From: Moniliella sp. 'wahieum'
Taxonomy: Eukaryota
Reading direction: 5' to 3'
Length of the DNA: 64,000 bases
NCBI GenBank assembly: GCA_003971905.1
Contig: RSEE01000120.1
Location: 124,001 to 188,000 of the forward strand
In this document: in pieces, positions 25,301 to 36,379 of the stretch
Layout of the letters: each line of letters opens with the position of its first letter
Numbering within the stretch: the first letter of the stretch is position 1
The notes under the pieces: model-generated
Told to the model about the DNA's origin: nothing
The model's input: the letters and a program-made list of their open reading frames with translations, nothing else
Database searches by the model: none
Translations under genes and position numbers: made by a program

Positions 25301-28092
25301 CGCGCCAGATGAATCGGGCGCAGTAGCGGGCCCTACAGCCCCGTCCCAACTCACCTCCACCTCCGAAGTCGGTGCACCCGCACCGGTACTGGTACTGGCA
25401 CTGGTACTGGGACCACCCGACCCCACACGCCGAGCACTCCAGCCTTCCCGCGCCTTGACCGTCCAGTTCGTACGCATCTTGCTCAGCTGGGCCGCCGTGT
25501 CTGAAGCCTGGAACGCTTCGGCGTACCGTTCGGTCACGCGCGTTAGGGCTTCCGCACCGGCCGCCGCGGCGGTCTGCACGCTAAACCCGCTTTCCGCGGG
25601 AGAGGGAGACACAGTCTCACGGTCTGCCAAAGCGCCCCAACGCCCGCACCGGGGTGATCGGATGCGCTAGCGGATCCCGGATGTGCCGCGGCCCAAGGTC
25701 CTGCGGCGTCTGGCCCAGACGCAGGCCCTTCCTCCGCCGCACCAGAAGCAGAAGCAGAAGCAGAAGTAGGTGCAGGTGCAGGTGCAGCAGCTAAGCTAGT
25801 TGACACGGACCGATGGCGGGCAGGGTTACGCCACGCTTGGTACAACGCCGCAGCGCGTTTGGACAACGCAGCTCCACCCGCACTGCCCATGCCCATGTTC
25901 GTGCCCCAGCCGGCGCCCGACGCGGCAGAGAGGGAAGAAAGGTCGTGCTCGTACGCTGGACGGTCGCCCGTCAGCGGCGCCGATAGACGCCGTTGACGGT
26001 ACACCAGCGCGAGCTCCATCGCTGGCCCAATGTCTTGGTCCGGGTAGTGCTGTAGCAGCGATAAGAGTCGTCCAAATGCCGCCGCTTGCCCGGCGGATGA
26101 ACGCGCGTGGCCTCTACGGTCCCAGTCCTGGTCGGCGTCCTGATCCTGCTCCTGGTCGTGGTGATGGTGATGGTGGTCCCAAGTATCGTCGTCTAGGTCG
26201 TCATCGACGTGGGGCGCGGCGGCAGCGAAGATCGACCCCCGGAGACGGACAAGTAGCGCACAGCACACGTCGATCAACATGTCCACTTTGGCGCTCATCG
26301 TGCATCCGCTCACGCTCGCGTCTGACAGCCCTTGCTCGGCCAAGAGCACATCCCATACTCGCAGCACCGACGGAAGCGAAAGTTCCGTGCTGAGCAAACA
26401 CGCGATCCAGCGGAAGGAAAAGTACGGCAGTTGCGGGTCCAAGTGGTTGGTGTGCTACCCAGAAGAAAACCAAACCAAACCAAACAAACCCCCAAACCGA
26501 AACCAATCCAAAAAAACAAACCAAATCAAACAAGATAAGAGAAACCAAACAGAAGAGAAACGTTAGAGATGGCCAAAACCAACAAACCAAGTCCCAGTCC
26601 CAGTCCCAGTCCCAGTCCAAGCCCAAGCAGGGGGCAAGCAGAACCCAGACAACGTACCAAAACGGCCCACAAATCCGGATCGATCCAGTGCAAGCGGTAA
26701 CTAAACGAGCGCAACACCGCCGCCATCCCACTGGCTTGCATCACGCCTGTCCCTGCTCCTGACCCGGATTCGGATTCGGATCCCGGGCCCAGCGACATGG
26801 GACGCACCAACGACCATCCCGCCGCGACGCGGTCCAGACCATCAAACGTGTACAAATCCCGAATGTCGCCCAACAGCGCGGAAAAGCACCAGAACGCATC
26901 GGCTTCCGCATGCTCCGACGCACACCCTACCGTCGCAGCTTCCGCGTCCAGGTCCGCCCCTCTTCCCCAACTGGTACAGCCACAGATCCAGACACAGGGA
27001 CATGCACGGCGCCGGGAGCCGGCATGCTCGTGCTCATGCTCATGTTCACGTCCATCGGTCCTCGCGGCGGCGACGCATGCCCAAACACGTAGAGAAGCAC
27101 AAACGCAATCTCATTCATGCCTTGGATGTACCCAAGACCGGGATTGAGCAGGGCGTAGATGTACAGCAGACGGAGGAGCGAGTGCCACTGTGGCTCGGTC
27201 TCCGCAGGACTGGTAGCAGGACCAGAGGTGGGACCAGAGGTGGAACCTGCAGCGGAGGAAGAGCTCGGACGACGTACATGCACATGGTCCATGCGGTAGT
27301 CGGGACTAATGGATTCGAGCCGCGTGAGCAGGTTGTGCCGTCCAGGCAGGCGGGGCACGGGGCGTGGGTCTGCGAGGCGGAGGCGGAGGTGGAGGTAGCA
27401 GGAGCGGACGAGGGTGATGAAGAGGGTGGGGAAGCGGTAGAAGTAGAGGTAGAGGTAGAGGTAGAGGTAGAGGGAGGGGGAGGGGGGCTATGGGCGAGGA
27501 GAAGGAGGCGGGCACGGGGCATGGTAGAAGGCAAGGTTGTTCTGCTTGGAGCGGCGCAGGTCCTTGTACAGCTGGTCGAGCAGCACGTCGCGCGGCGTAA
27601 ATGCGTCGGAGGGATGGTGTCTGTGCCAGTCTCGGGCGGGGGGAGCAGCGCGAGCGGGAGAAAGTCTTGCAGAATTGCTGGCGAAAGCGACGCAAGCGAG
27701 ACACGGTCAGTAGGCGCCACGACCAGCACACAAAACACGAAAAAGCAAGAAACGCAAAAGAAAGAGGAACGCGAGCGGGGACACACATAGTACTCCTGTC
27801 GACGGGCATGGAGCGTCGAGGGCCAATCACGCTTCTCGGTGGGCAGGTAGAGCAGCAGCGCCTTCCACGCCTGTGCGCGTAGCCAGCCCGGCTGGTCCGG
27901 CACGCCCTGCAGACACAGCTGCCGCAGCGAGTACAAGTTCACCACCGCCTGCCCGGGCAGCAGACTGGCGCCGTCCAGCAGCGCGGCGAACCCGGCCGAG
28001 CGCTGCGCCCGGCGCTGGCGCGGGGGGGCGCCGGGGCGGCAGGGCGGGTGGCGCGGGTGGGGCGGCGAGGCCGGCAGCGTCGTCGGTGGCAT
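22322..28092 (-). CDS. TBC-domain Rab GTPase-activating protein (TBC1D13-like) with long low-complexity C-terminus
   Basis: LRQLCLQGVPDQPGWLRAQAWKALLLYLP, QLYKDLRRS, LLYIYALLNPGLGYIQGMNEI, EADAFWCF, PYFSFRWIACLLSTELSLPSVLRVWDVLLA. Multiple introns. 3' end inferred from the ORF ending at 22322. Confidence 0.85.
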
Positions 28093-28398
28093 GGCGAGCG
28101 CTGGTGGTGTGGTGGTGGTGGTGGTGGTGGTGGTAGCGATGGTGGTGGGGTGCAGCTGCGGTCGGAGGGTGCATGTGGTGTGGACGTCCCCTGGGGAGTG
28201 TGACTGGGATGTGACGGCGACGAGATGGCCACCCCCGCTGAGGTAAGCAGGCGGGCGCTGCACTGCCCTGAGGCCCTGAGGGCTGCTATGGAAAATGCAT
28301 GCTACCTAACAATACTACTACGCCGCCCACCCGGAGCAGGCCCAGGAGCAGGTCCAGCCCCCTCCCCGCCGTCGGCTGGCTTGATGCACATGTCATGC

Positions 28399-28967
28399 TT
28401 ACACAATCTTGGGCGCAATCGACGCAATCTTCGCCCACCCCTTGGCGCGCACCTCGGCAGCCACGACGCCCGTCACACGCGACGCCAGCGGCTCCTTGCG
28501 GTTGTTGATCAGCACACACGCATTGTCGTCAAACGTGATCACCCGCCCGTCCGCCGCTGCGTCGGGAACTTGGTCCGCACAATCACCGCGTGCCGCACAT
28601 CTCCACGCCGGATCTTGGTTGCCGTACGGACATGCTCGCTAGCTTCGCGTCCGACAGAGGTTTCGCCTTGTGCACCACCACCACACACTCGTCGCCTGCA
28701 CATCGTATGTCGTATTTCGTTTGTCGTGTGTCGTATGTCGCGGGGGGGGGACATCAGTGAGTTACATGCATGCCCCAGGGCACAGGAGAAAAAAACACGT
28801 ACCAATCTTGGCGCCCTTTTGGTTGCGCGGGTACTTGAGCACGTTGATCACCTCGCACACGAGCGCGCCCGAGTTGTCGATGCACTGCGGCGGGGCAGGG
28901 GGGTGTGAGTGGCAGCCACAACAGACGGAGGAGCACATACGTTGACCATCGACTTGAGGCGCAGCAT
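28399..28967 (-). CDS. MRPL38: Mitochondrial ribosomal protein uL14m
   Basis: MLRLKSMVN/CIDNSGALVCEVINVLK..KIG/DECVVVVHKAKP..GDVRHAVIVRTK..ITFDDNACVLINNRKEPLASRVTGVVAAEVRAKGWAKIASIAPKIV. Introns 28885-28940 and 28696-28802. Confidence 0.92.
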
Positions 28968-29210
28968 CTTGGATGAGGGTTAGTGGCAGATGGGATGGAT
29001 GGATGGATGGTGGTGGAGCGTCGCTGCCCCCGACCTTCTTCTTGCGACGCTGGCTGACGTCAGCAGCACCCCGTCCCAATCCCAACCCTAGCGCCCCCCA
29101 CAACCCTACCCCCCAAAGGGGGCTTACCCCCGCGGCGATAACGCCCCGCCCCACAGTCTGGCCTGCGCATCGCTGCGGCGGGCACGCAGATGGGCGCGAC
29201 GGCCATCAGC

Positions 29211-30701
29211 ATGCTGGTGCGCATCCTCCCGACGCGCTTGCGGCCGTGTGTGCGTGTATGCGCGCCGCGCCTCGCGTGTGCGCGCTCCACCGCCTCCTCT
29301 TCCTCTTCGTCCTCCGCCGCCCACCCCCCACCCGCCACCGACGACCCACACCAACCAGACGCCCACGAACCAGACGCCGACGCCGCCGCGCTCGCGCTGC
29401 AGCACTCGCTCTGGGCCCAGTCGGCGCAAGAGCACGAGCAGGAGCAGGAGAAGCACACGCAGGACGAAGTGGAGCACGACTGCTCAGCCGCTGGACAGAC
29501 GGTAAGGCCTCTGCGCGTCCCCTCCGCCTCCCGCCCGGCCTCACGTTACCCCGGCGCGGACTGTGCACCAGTGCACGTGTGGTGCGCACGCGGCCCAGGC
29601 GCAGGACCACCACCACCACCACCAGAAGGGGAAGGGGAGAAGGATACACGGCCGACGATCCGGTTCCCATCGCACGCCAACCCGACCCCGTACCAGATCT
29701 TCTCCCTCCCCCCGACGGCTGCCGCGCGCGAGATCAAAGCAAGGTACTACCTCTTTGCAAGCAGCTTCACCCGGACCTTGCCCGTTCCTCTTCCTCCTCT
29801 CCCGACCCGCTGCGCGAGGCCCAGTTCCGCACCCTCGTCACTGCCTACGAGCTGCTCTCGGACCCCCAGCGTAGACGCATGTACGACCGCTACCGTCTCG
29901 GCTGGACCGACCCGTCGTCTCCCTCTTCGGGGTCGGGGTCGGGATCGGCGGCGGCTGCAGCGTACGCCCAGAGAACGCCGCGGTCACAACCGTGGGGCCG
30001 TGGACCGTCCGCTGACGATGACTATAATTTCCATTTCCACCACCGGCCTTCGCCGGGGGAGCTATGGCCCGAGCGCATCGGAAATGCGCTGGGCCAACAC
30101 TAAGTTCGCCATGGGCGTGGTGGGCTTGTGTGGCGTAGGTGGTGGATGGGTGTACGTGGTGATCGAGTCTTATGTCGCTGCACGGTCGGATCAGTTGCAC
30201 GCTACGGCTGCTCAGTCCCTCCGCGCTCGGTTGGAAGCTGCGTCTCCTGAGGGCCAGACTCGTATGCAGCAGCTCCGCCACCGCGCTCATCTTCTTCGTC
30301 ATCCCCACGAACCTCAGGAGGAGGTCGATTCACACTCTCCCCCTCAGCCGCACGCTCGTGCCGAGACCCCTACCGAAAACGGTGACGGTGCAGACTTGGA
30401 TCCAACGCCACCCCCGACCGAAGCAGACGCGAACCTTGCCGCCCACGCCAGGCCGTGGCACGAGCAGGACCCCGCCGAAGACCAAAGGGGAACCCAAAGG
30501 GAAGCCCAAAGGGAAGCCCAAAGGGAAGCACAAGCCCAAGTTTCCACCTCGGCGCCTTGGGCCCCACCGACGCCCGCCCACGACCGCTCCTCTACTGACC
30601 CCTTCGCGTCGCCGTCGCCGTCAGCGTCGGGGCCTGCGTCGGGGCCGTCGGGGTCGGGGGTGGATCTGCCGTCGGGGTGGATTTGGCGAACCCGTGCGTA
30701 A
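29211..30701 (+). CDS. Mitochondrial J-domain (DnaJ type III, Jid1-like) protein
   Basis: Presequence-like MLVRILPTRLR. NPTPYQIFSLP..EIKARYY/LCKQLHPDL..FRTLVTAYELLSDPQRRRMYD contains the HPD motif. A downstream hydrophobic segment is present. Confidence 0.82.
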   Translation: MLVRILPTRLRPCVRVCAPRLACARSTASSSSSSSAAHPPPATDDPHQPDAHEPDADAAALALQHSLWAQSAQEHEQEQEKHTQDEVEHDCSAAGQTVRPLRVPSASRPASRYPGADCAPVHVWCARGPGAGPPPPPPEGEGEKDTRPTIRFPSHANPTPYQIFSLPPTAAAREIKARYYLFASSFTRTLPVPLPPLPTRCARPSSAPSSLPTSCSRTPSVDACTTATVSAGPTRRLPLRGRGRDRRRLQRTPRERRGHNRGAVDRPLTMTIISISTTGLRRGSYGPSASEMRWANTKFAMGVVGLCGVGGGWVYVVIESYVAARSDQLHATAAQSLRARLEAASPEGQTRMQQLRHRAHLLRHPHEPQEEVDSHSPPQPHARAETPTENGDGADLDPTPPPTEADANLAAHARPWHEQDPAEDQRGTQREAQREAQREAQAQVSTSAPWAPPTPAHDRSSTDPFASPSPSASGPASGPSGSGVDLPSGWIWRTRA

Positions 30702-31381
30702 GTGGAGGTGCAGCCGCGCCACCAGCTGAGTGGGACATCATGCCGCCCTCGACGCGCTTCTGCCACCGCGCGGGCGCGGGCGGGTTTGTTGAAGCCTAAA
30801 GCGTGAAACCTAGTCTAGTCTAGTCTAGGTGGTGGAGCAACGAGCAGCAAGCAGCAAGCAAGAAGCAAGAAGTAAGAACCAGGAAGTAGGAAGCAGGGAG
30901 GGTAAGAGTAACAACACCACAACAAGACGAACAATAGGACCAAGAATGAGGAGGAGAAGGAGGAGGGGGAAAGTGTATCGTTGTTGTGGGTATGAGTATG
31001 GTCGTGGGGGGACGCAGGGAGGGGTGAGGCGTGCTAGACCAACGCCACGTGGAGCGTAGCAGCTACCTAGTCAGGTGGAAGTAGCTCGGTAGGACGTACA
31101 GCTGAGGCCACTGTGGGCAGGCGCAGGCACAGGCGAAGGAGGCAAAGAGTCGTAGTCTCTCTCGTCTCGTCTCCTCTTGTTTCATCGGGGGAGAACGCGA
31201 GAAAGCACGTCGCTGTGCGGAGTGGGCGGGGTGCGCTTCGGAATGAGTTACTGATGTCTGTCACGCCATCCGCCTCTTGCGCTTCATGGCAAGGTCGTCA
31301 GATGGAGTCCGCTTCGGCACGTGCGTCAGTCGCGTACGTGTGTCGCGGTAGTCTCGAAGACCACAAGGTAGGATTTGGCAG

Positions 31382-31434
31382 GTGGGACGTGGGACGTGGG
31401 ACGTGGGACGTGGGACGTGGGACGTGGGACGTGG
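31382..31434. repeat. (GTGGGAC)7 tandem repeat
   Basis: Direct reading of the sequence. Confidence 0.95.
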
Positions 31435-31567
31435 TCGGCACGCTGGACTTGCAGTCCACCGTTCTCTTCTCTTCTCCTCCGTTTGGGCGCCAAACCCACG
31501 CGTCGACAACACACTCTACTTCGTCCATCGACTGCCATGCGTGGCCGAATGAGGTATACCAGACCAA

Positions 31568-31707
31568 CCTCATCCTCATCCTCATCCTCATCCTCATCCT
31601 CATCCTCATCCTCATCCTCATCCTCATCCTCATCCTCATCCTCATCCTCATCCTCATCCTCATCCTCGTCCTCATCCTCATCCTCATCCTCATCCTCATC
31701 CTCATCC
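31568..31707. repeat. (CATCCT)~23 hexanucleotide microsatellite
   Basis: Direct reading, with one CGTCCT variant. Intergenic. Confidence 0.97.
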
Positions 31708-32352
31708 CCACGCCTGCCCCCATTGCTACTTAGTGCAGCTAGTCTACGGCTCAGAACGCAGATATCCGATCTCAGAACTCAGATCTCGGACCGGACCAGA
31801 GCCCGTACCCCGAGAAAGCAAGCGGGCAAGCGGGCACTGCGCCGCCCAAGCAGACACAACCAACGTTGAGAACTACTAAACTATACATCGCGCATCGTCG
31901 GCAATCCGTCCCTCTTGCTCGTGTTCGTGCTTGTTGAGTGTCGGATCACATCATCTGGATTTGAGACTCAACAGTTTGGTTCGGCACTGGTTTGGTTTGT
32001 CCTGCTTTGTGGGCTAACCGACTTGGTGGTTTGAGCTACAAGGTTCTTTTGCTCGAGTTATCTTTATCTTTCTTTTCCCTACTTCGCGTATAATAGGACG
32101 ACCCCTCGCGGGTATACAATGCTATTATTTACCACACCCACTCCCTTTGGCTTGCCTGATAGACTCCGCTACTCTAGAGTGCTTTTGCTTTTGCCTTGGC
32201 TCTCGCTTCGCGTTCTCGCCTCGGACGGACAACCGACCGCACGCGTACGCCGCGGTGCGAAAGACAGGTAGCCCCGCACGCGGTAGGATAAGTGTAATGT
32301 GTGTATGTATGTGTGTGTGTGCAGGAGGGGGGGGGGATACCTCGCTGGCCCA

Positions 32353-34589
32353 TCATGGCGGGCGCGGGCGCGGGTGCGGGGAAGCGTGCGTCGCATCCCC
32401 ATCCCCATCCCTATCCCCATCCCCACTCCCACTCCCATCCCCACTCCCATTTCTAATCCCATTGGCATGGGCATTAGGATGCGCCGCGGAAGAGGGGGTG
32501 GTGCCACAGCGCTGCCCGCCACAGCTCCGGGGCGATCCGAGCAAGCCCGCCGGGACAGCCGCCGTGGCTCCGCACACCGTCCCGCTCGCTATCGTCCCAC
32601 CTGGTACAGACCACCCACAGACCCACTCACAGACCCACCCACAGACCCGCCCGGGCAGGGGGCAAGCGCGACGGGGGAGATCTTCGTCTCCCGTCGTAGG
32701 GGCGGACGAGGCGGGGGAATAGGTAGGACTGCCAGCGCCCTGCTGCGCATGCGCTGCGTGGATCGGTGGCGAGCCCATCGACGATGGGTCAGATAGGCTC
32801 CCGGGTGACCGTTGCCCGCCATGGGACGAGGACGAACCCCCCCAGGCTAAGGAGGGTACAGGAGAGCAGTTGGGCGTGCAGATGGTCGGGTGGACCGTGC
32901 TGGGTCCGGTGCTGGGTCCGGTGCTGGGCCCGGTGGTGGGTTCGGTGGTGGGTTCGGTGGAGGTACCCTTTTGCTTGGCGGGGATCACTTTACGTTTCTT
33001 GTGAACCCGGATGGTCGCGATGGGCGGATGGCGGTGGGACTTGGACTTGGACTTGGAGGAGCGGGAAGGCGGGTGGGAAGAACCGAAAAAGTTGAGCACA
33101 GTCGGGGCCGATGGGCGGCTCGGTTGGCGGCTCGGTCGGCCGAGGCGCAGGCGCAGGCGGAGGTGCACCAGCGAGGGACGAGGGTAATGGCGGTGGTGGT
33201 CGTGCGGCGGGGCGAGGGAGTAGACGCAGGTGGACGAGAAAGAGAAGTAGGAAGAGGTGGAGGAAGAGGTGGTGGAGGAGGAGGTGGAAGAGGGGCAACC
33301 GAGGTGGTGAACGCGGCGCCTTCAAACGTATTTTTCGCAGGGGGGTTCCAACGATCCAAAAAGGGGATTGAAGGATCACCAATGGGCTTGACAGGCATCG
33401 CGCGCACTGAACTAGCCACACGCACACCTTGCCCCGCACGGTGCAGGATCTTGGCGCCTTTGCTCGCCCCGCCACCGCCACCGGTACTCATACCGGTACC
33501 TCCACTGGCACTGGCACTGGACCCACCTCGACGGCCACGGCGCACGGGCGCATGCTCCGTGATGACCATCTTGCGTGACAGACGCTGTGCCTGCGCTTGC
33601 GCATACCGCGCCTTGAGCTTCGATCCCAGCTGGTCCAGTTCCCGCTCCCGCGCTTCCACGCATATCTGCCACAGACGCCCAGTCAGCCCCACGTACGCCA
33701 CCACGCACAACGAATAACGAATAACGACCGACGAGGCAGGACGTACCGCGTACTGTTTTCGCCAACTCGACGGGTCCGGCACTTCGCCCCGCTCGTACGC
33801 TTTGCGGTACTGCCCGAATTCTGTAAGCACATGTCGTTTCCAAATATCTGCGCAGGGAGGGGGGAAACGGTCAGGGAGTTAGTGGTTAGTTCGCCATGGA
33901 CATGGGCATGGCATCCATGGGTATCCATGGGCATGACATCCATGGGGGTAGCATCGTGCGAGGCGAGCACGAGCATCGACGTACAATCAGTCTGAGAAAG
34001 CAGGTGCGGACTCGCAGTTTCGATCTGGTGCAGCTTATCGGGCCGCATCACTTCCAGCACATCTTGTACCAGCGCAAATGGCATATCGCCCACGTCCTCG
34101 ATCGCTACCACGAAACCAGTCAGTATCACCATGCCCGCCCAGCAGCGCGAAAAACCAATGAAGAGTAGGGAAGTAGAAGCAGGTCCAACGGAACGTACCT
34201 GCGACGTTGCGGAACAGGACTGCACACAGCCAACCAACACCAATACCAACACCAGGCACACAGAGCACACAGAACACAGAACACACAGAACACAGAACAC
34301 ACAGAACACAGAACACACAGAACACAGAACACACAGAACACAGACACACAGAACACAGAACACGCGTCAGAACAACACTCAACACCCCACATTCGACGGA
34401 CTGATCCACCAAGAACCAACGTACTCCGTCGACACACTTCCTTGAGCGACGGCAGGCGGCGCGTACGCCGATCGCCCTCCCCGAAGGAAGACGCACGCCC
34501 TCGGGCGCAGGACGCAGCTCAAACGCCTCCTCGTCCACACCCACACCCACATCCTCGTCCTCGTCCGCAGCGCCCCGAGCACCCATCAT
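32353..34589 (-). CDS. ELA1: Elongin A (RNA Pol II SIII subunit A / Ela1-like)
   Basis: PSLKEVC-like BC-box region, IEDVGDMPFALVQDVLEVMRPDKLHQIETASPHL, WKRHVLTEF, PDPSSWRKQY, EARERELDQLGSKLKARY. Several introns. 3' end approximate. Confidence 0.8.
34257..34362. repeat. Intronic CACAGAA/CACACAGAA tandem repeat in the Elongin A gene
   Basis: Direct reading of the sequence. Confidence 0.85.
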
Positions 34590-36379
34590 GGCCTCGGGCT
34601 CGGGGGACTTGAGCCAGTCCTTCATCGGTCAGGCGTCCGGGCGGAAAGGCAGGCAGCATGCACGTTCCTGCCACCAGGAGCAAGATCACAAGAGGCAGAG
34701 CCGACGGCGCGAAACCAAGCGATGGTGGTGGTGGTGGTGTGGTGGTCCAGCTCTCGCGGTGGCGGCGGCGGTGGAGTCTACACACCCACACTCCCTCCCC
34801 CCCAGCATCGAGCATCGAGCATCAGACATCGGCTTGGGCGGAATTCGCTGGCGGAGTTGCGGTTTTCGCCTTATCGATTATCGGTTGTCCTCTGATCGAT
34901 CGCCCGGTGTATCTCCCCACCACCACCACCACCGTCAGCCTCAGCATCAGCATCAGGATCAGATCAGCATCAGTTTCCCACCGGCACTCATCTGCGGCGG
35001 GGCATGCCAATCCCCCATCGGCGTCGCGCCCACGACCGCACCTGGTGGTTTCGACCCCCAGACCGAGAGGCATGAGTACTAGTCTCGGCACCCTCCAATC
35101 TGTCTTATTGGTTTGTGCGTCTCGGTGCGGCCGCCCCCATGCTTCTCATGGGTCGTAGCGTACCCTGCATCGTACTGAGCCTGCCGCACTGGCGCGTGAT
35201 AAGGTCCCCATGGCACGCGCGTAAATTGATCTGGGCGCCATTGCGTACGGCGCATTGGACTGGTTTGCCAGTAGTAATACTATAATAGGTGTGTGTCGAC
35301 GGGCATTTAATGCTCACTGTAGTACTACGTCCGTACCACACCTGTCGTCCGCGTCCAACGGCGTGCCTGCTCCAACGGGGTATTTGCCCTTTGGGAAGGG
35401 GCGGAGGAAGGCCCACCTTCTCGTCCGGCTGGGTTCAACCTGGCCTGGAACGGTGAGCGCTGAGGGCTGAGGGTTGAGCAGGCAAACCTGGACCTGATAC
35501 GTGGAACTTAGTTAATATCGTTCTTTGATGCTAGAGGGAAACCGGTTCCTTTTGTTCCCTTCACGGGCTGGAATACTTGCCCATCGTCGTCATCCTCCTG
35601 CACCTCTGCCCAGTTCAGACCCCCGCGACGTTGAGGCCCGAGGGTAACCGTCTGGTAAGTACGCCTTGTTCTTGTGGTGCTCTGTCCCGCGGCTCAGATC
35701 GTGATCACTGGTGTGCCAATTCGGACTCGGGGGGGTTGGCCGTGTTCGATCTGATCCGTTCCTTATCCTCTCCATATGGTCTCTTCTCGTCGCCTCCTAG
35801 CTCGCTGGGAGACACGTCCACAGGGCGACGCTCACACCCATCAGTTCCCGCAACGACTGAAGATCATCGTATCCGCGCCGACGGATGTTACCCAGTCCTA
35901 GTAGATACTACCGATGACCAGATGGCCTCACAGATAGATATCCATTGTATGATCTCTGGCCACGACAGTCGTCGCCCCCGATCAGTTGGCCACCCCCGTT
36001 TCATTCATCATTCTTTTTCACCTCCACGGTCTCATCTGCAACTACTAAAGCAGTAGTGTGCGCATTAGCTTGTTGTGTCCATTGGTTTCCTCGCCTTTGG
36101 CGCACGCGAGTACTAGTCCAATTACGGTCGATGCCCTTTGGCTACCATCCCACTTGTACACATCCGCCCGACACGCAGAATGTGCGGATGAGCGTCGCAT
36201 GGAAGGCGAAAGTTATATACAAGTGCGCCTGACGTAAGCATCCTAGAAGGCACAGGGCGGCGCCCCACCAGCCACTCCACCACGCCTCGCCTCGCCTGGC
36301 TTGCGACCACCGTGCGCGCGACTCCATCGCCACCGCCATTGAGATTCCCACCACCACCACCTCCCCCTCCCCCTCCGCC

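Noticed and set aside
22966..27790. Long plus-strand ORFs antisense to the TBC gene (and similar ones opposite FAS and GH63)
   Set aside because: Shadow ORFs caused by high GC and codon bias, with no domain signatures.
31382..31707. CRISPR-like repeat array
   Set aside because: Simple tandem repeats without unique spacers, no cas genes, and a eukaryotic context.
31113..31869. ORFs with poly-IL, poly-MR or poly-S tracts
   Set aside because: These are translation artefacts of the (CATCCT)n microsatellite.
35529..35900. TGCTAGAG start resembling a family A LTR end
   Set aside because: Similarity does not extend beyond 8 bp, and I could not find a matching end or TSD.
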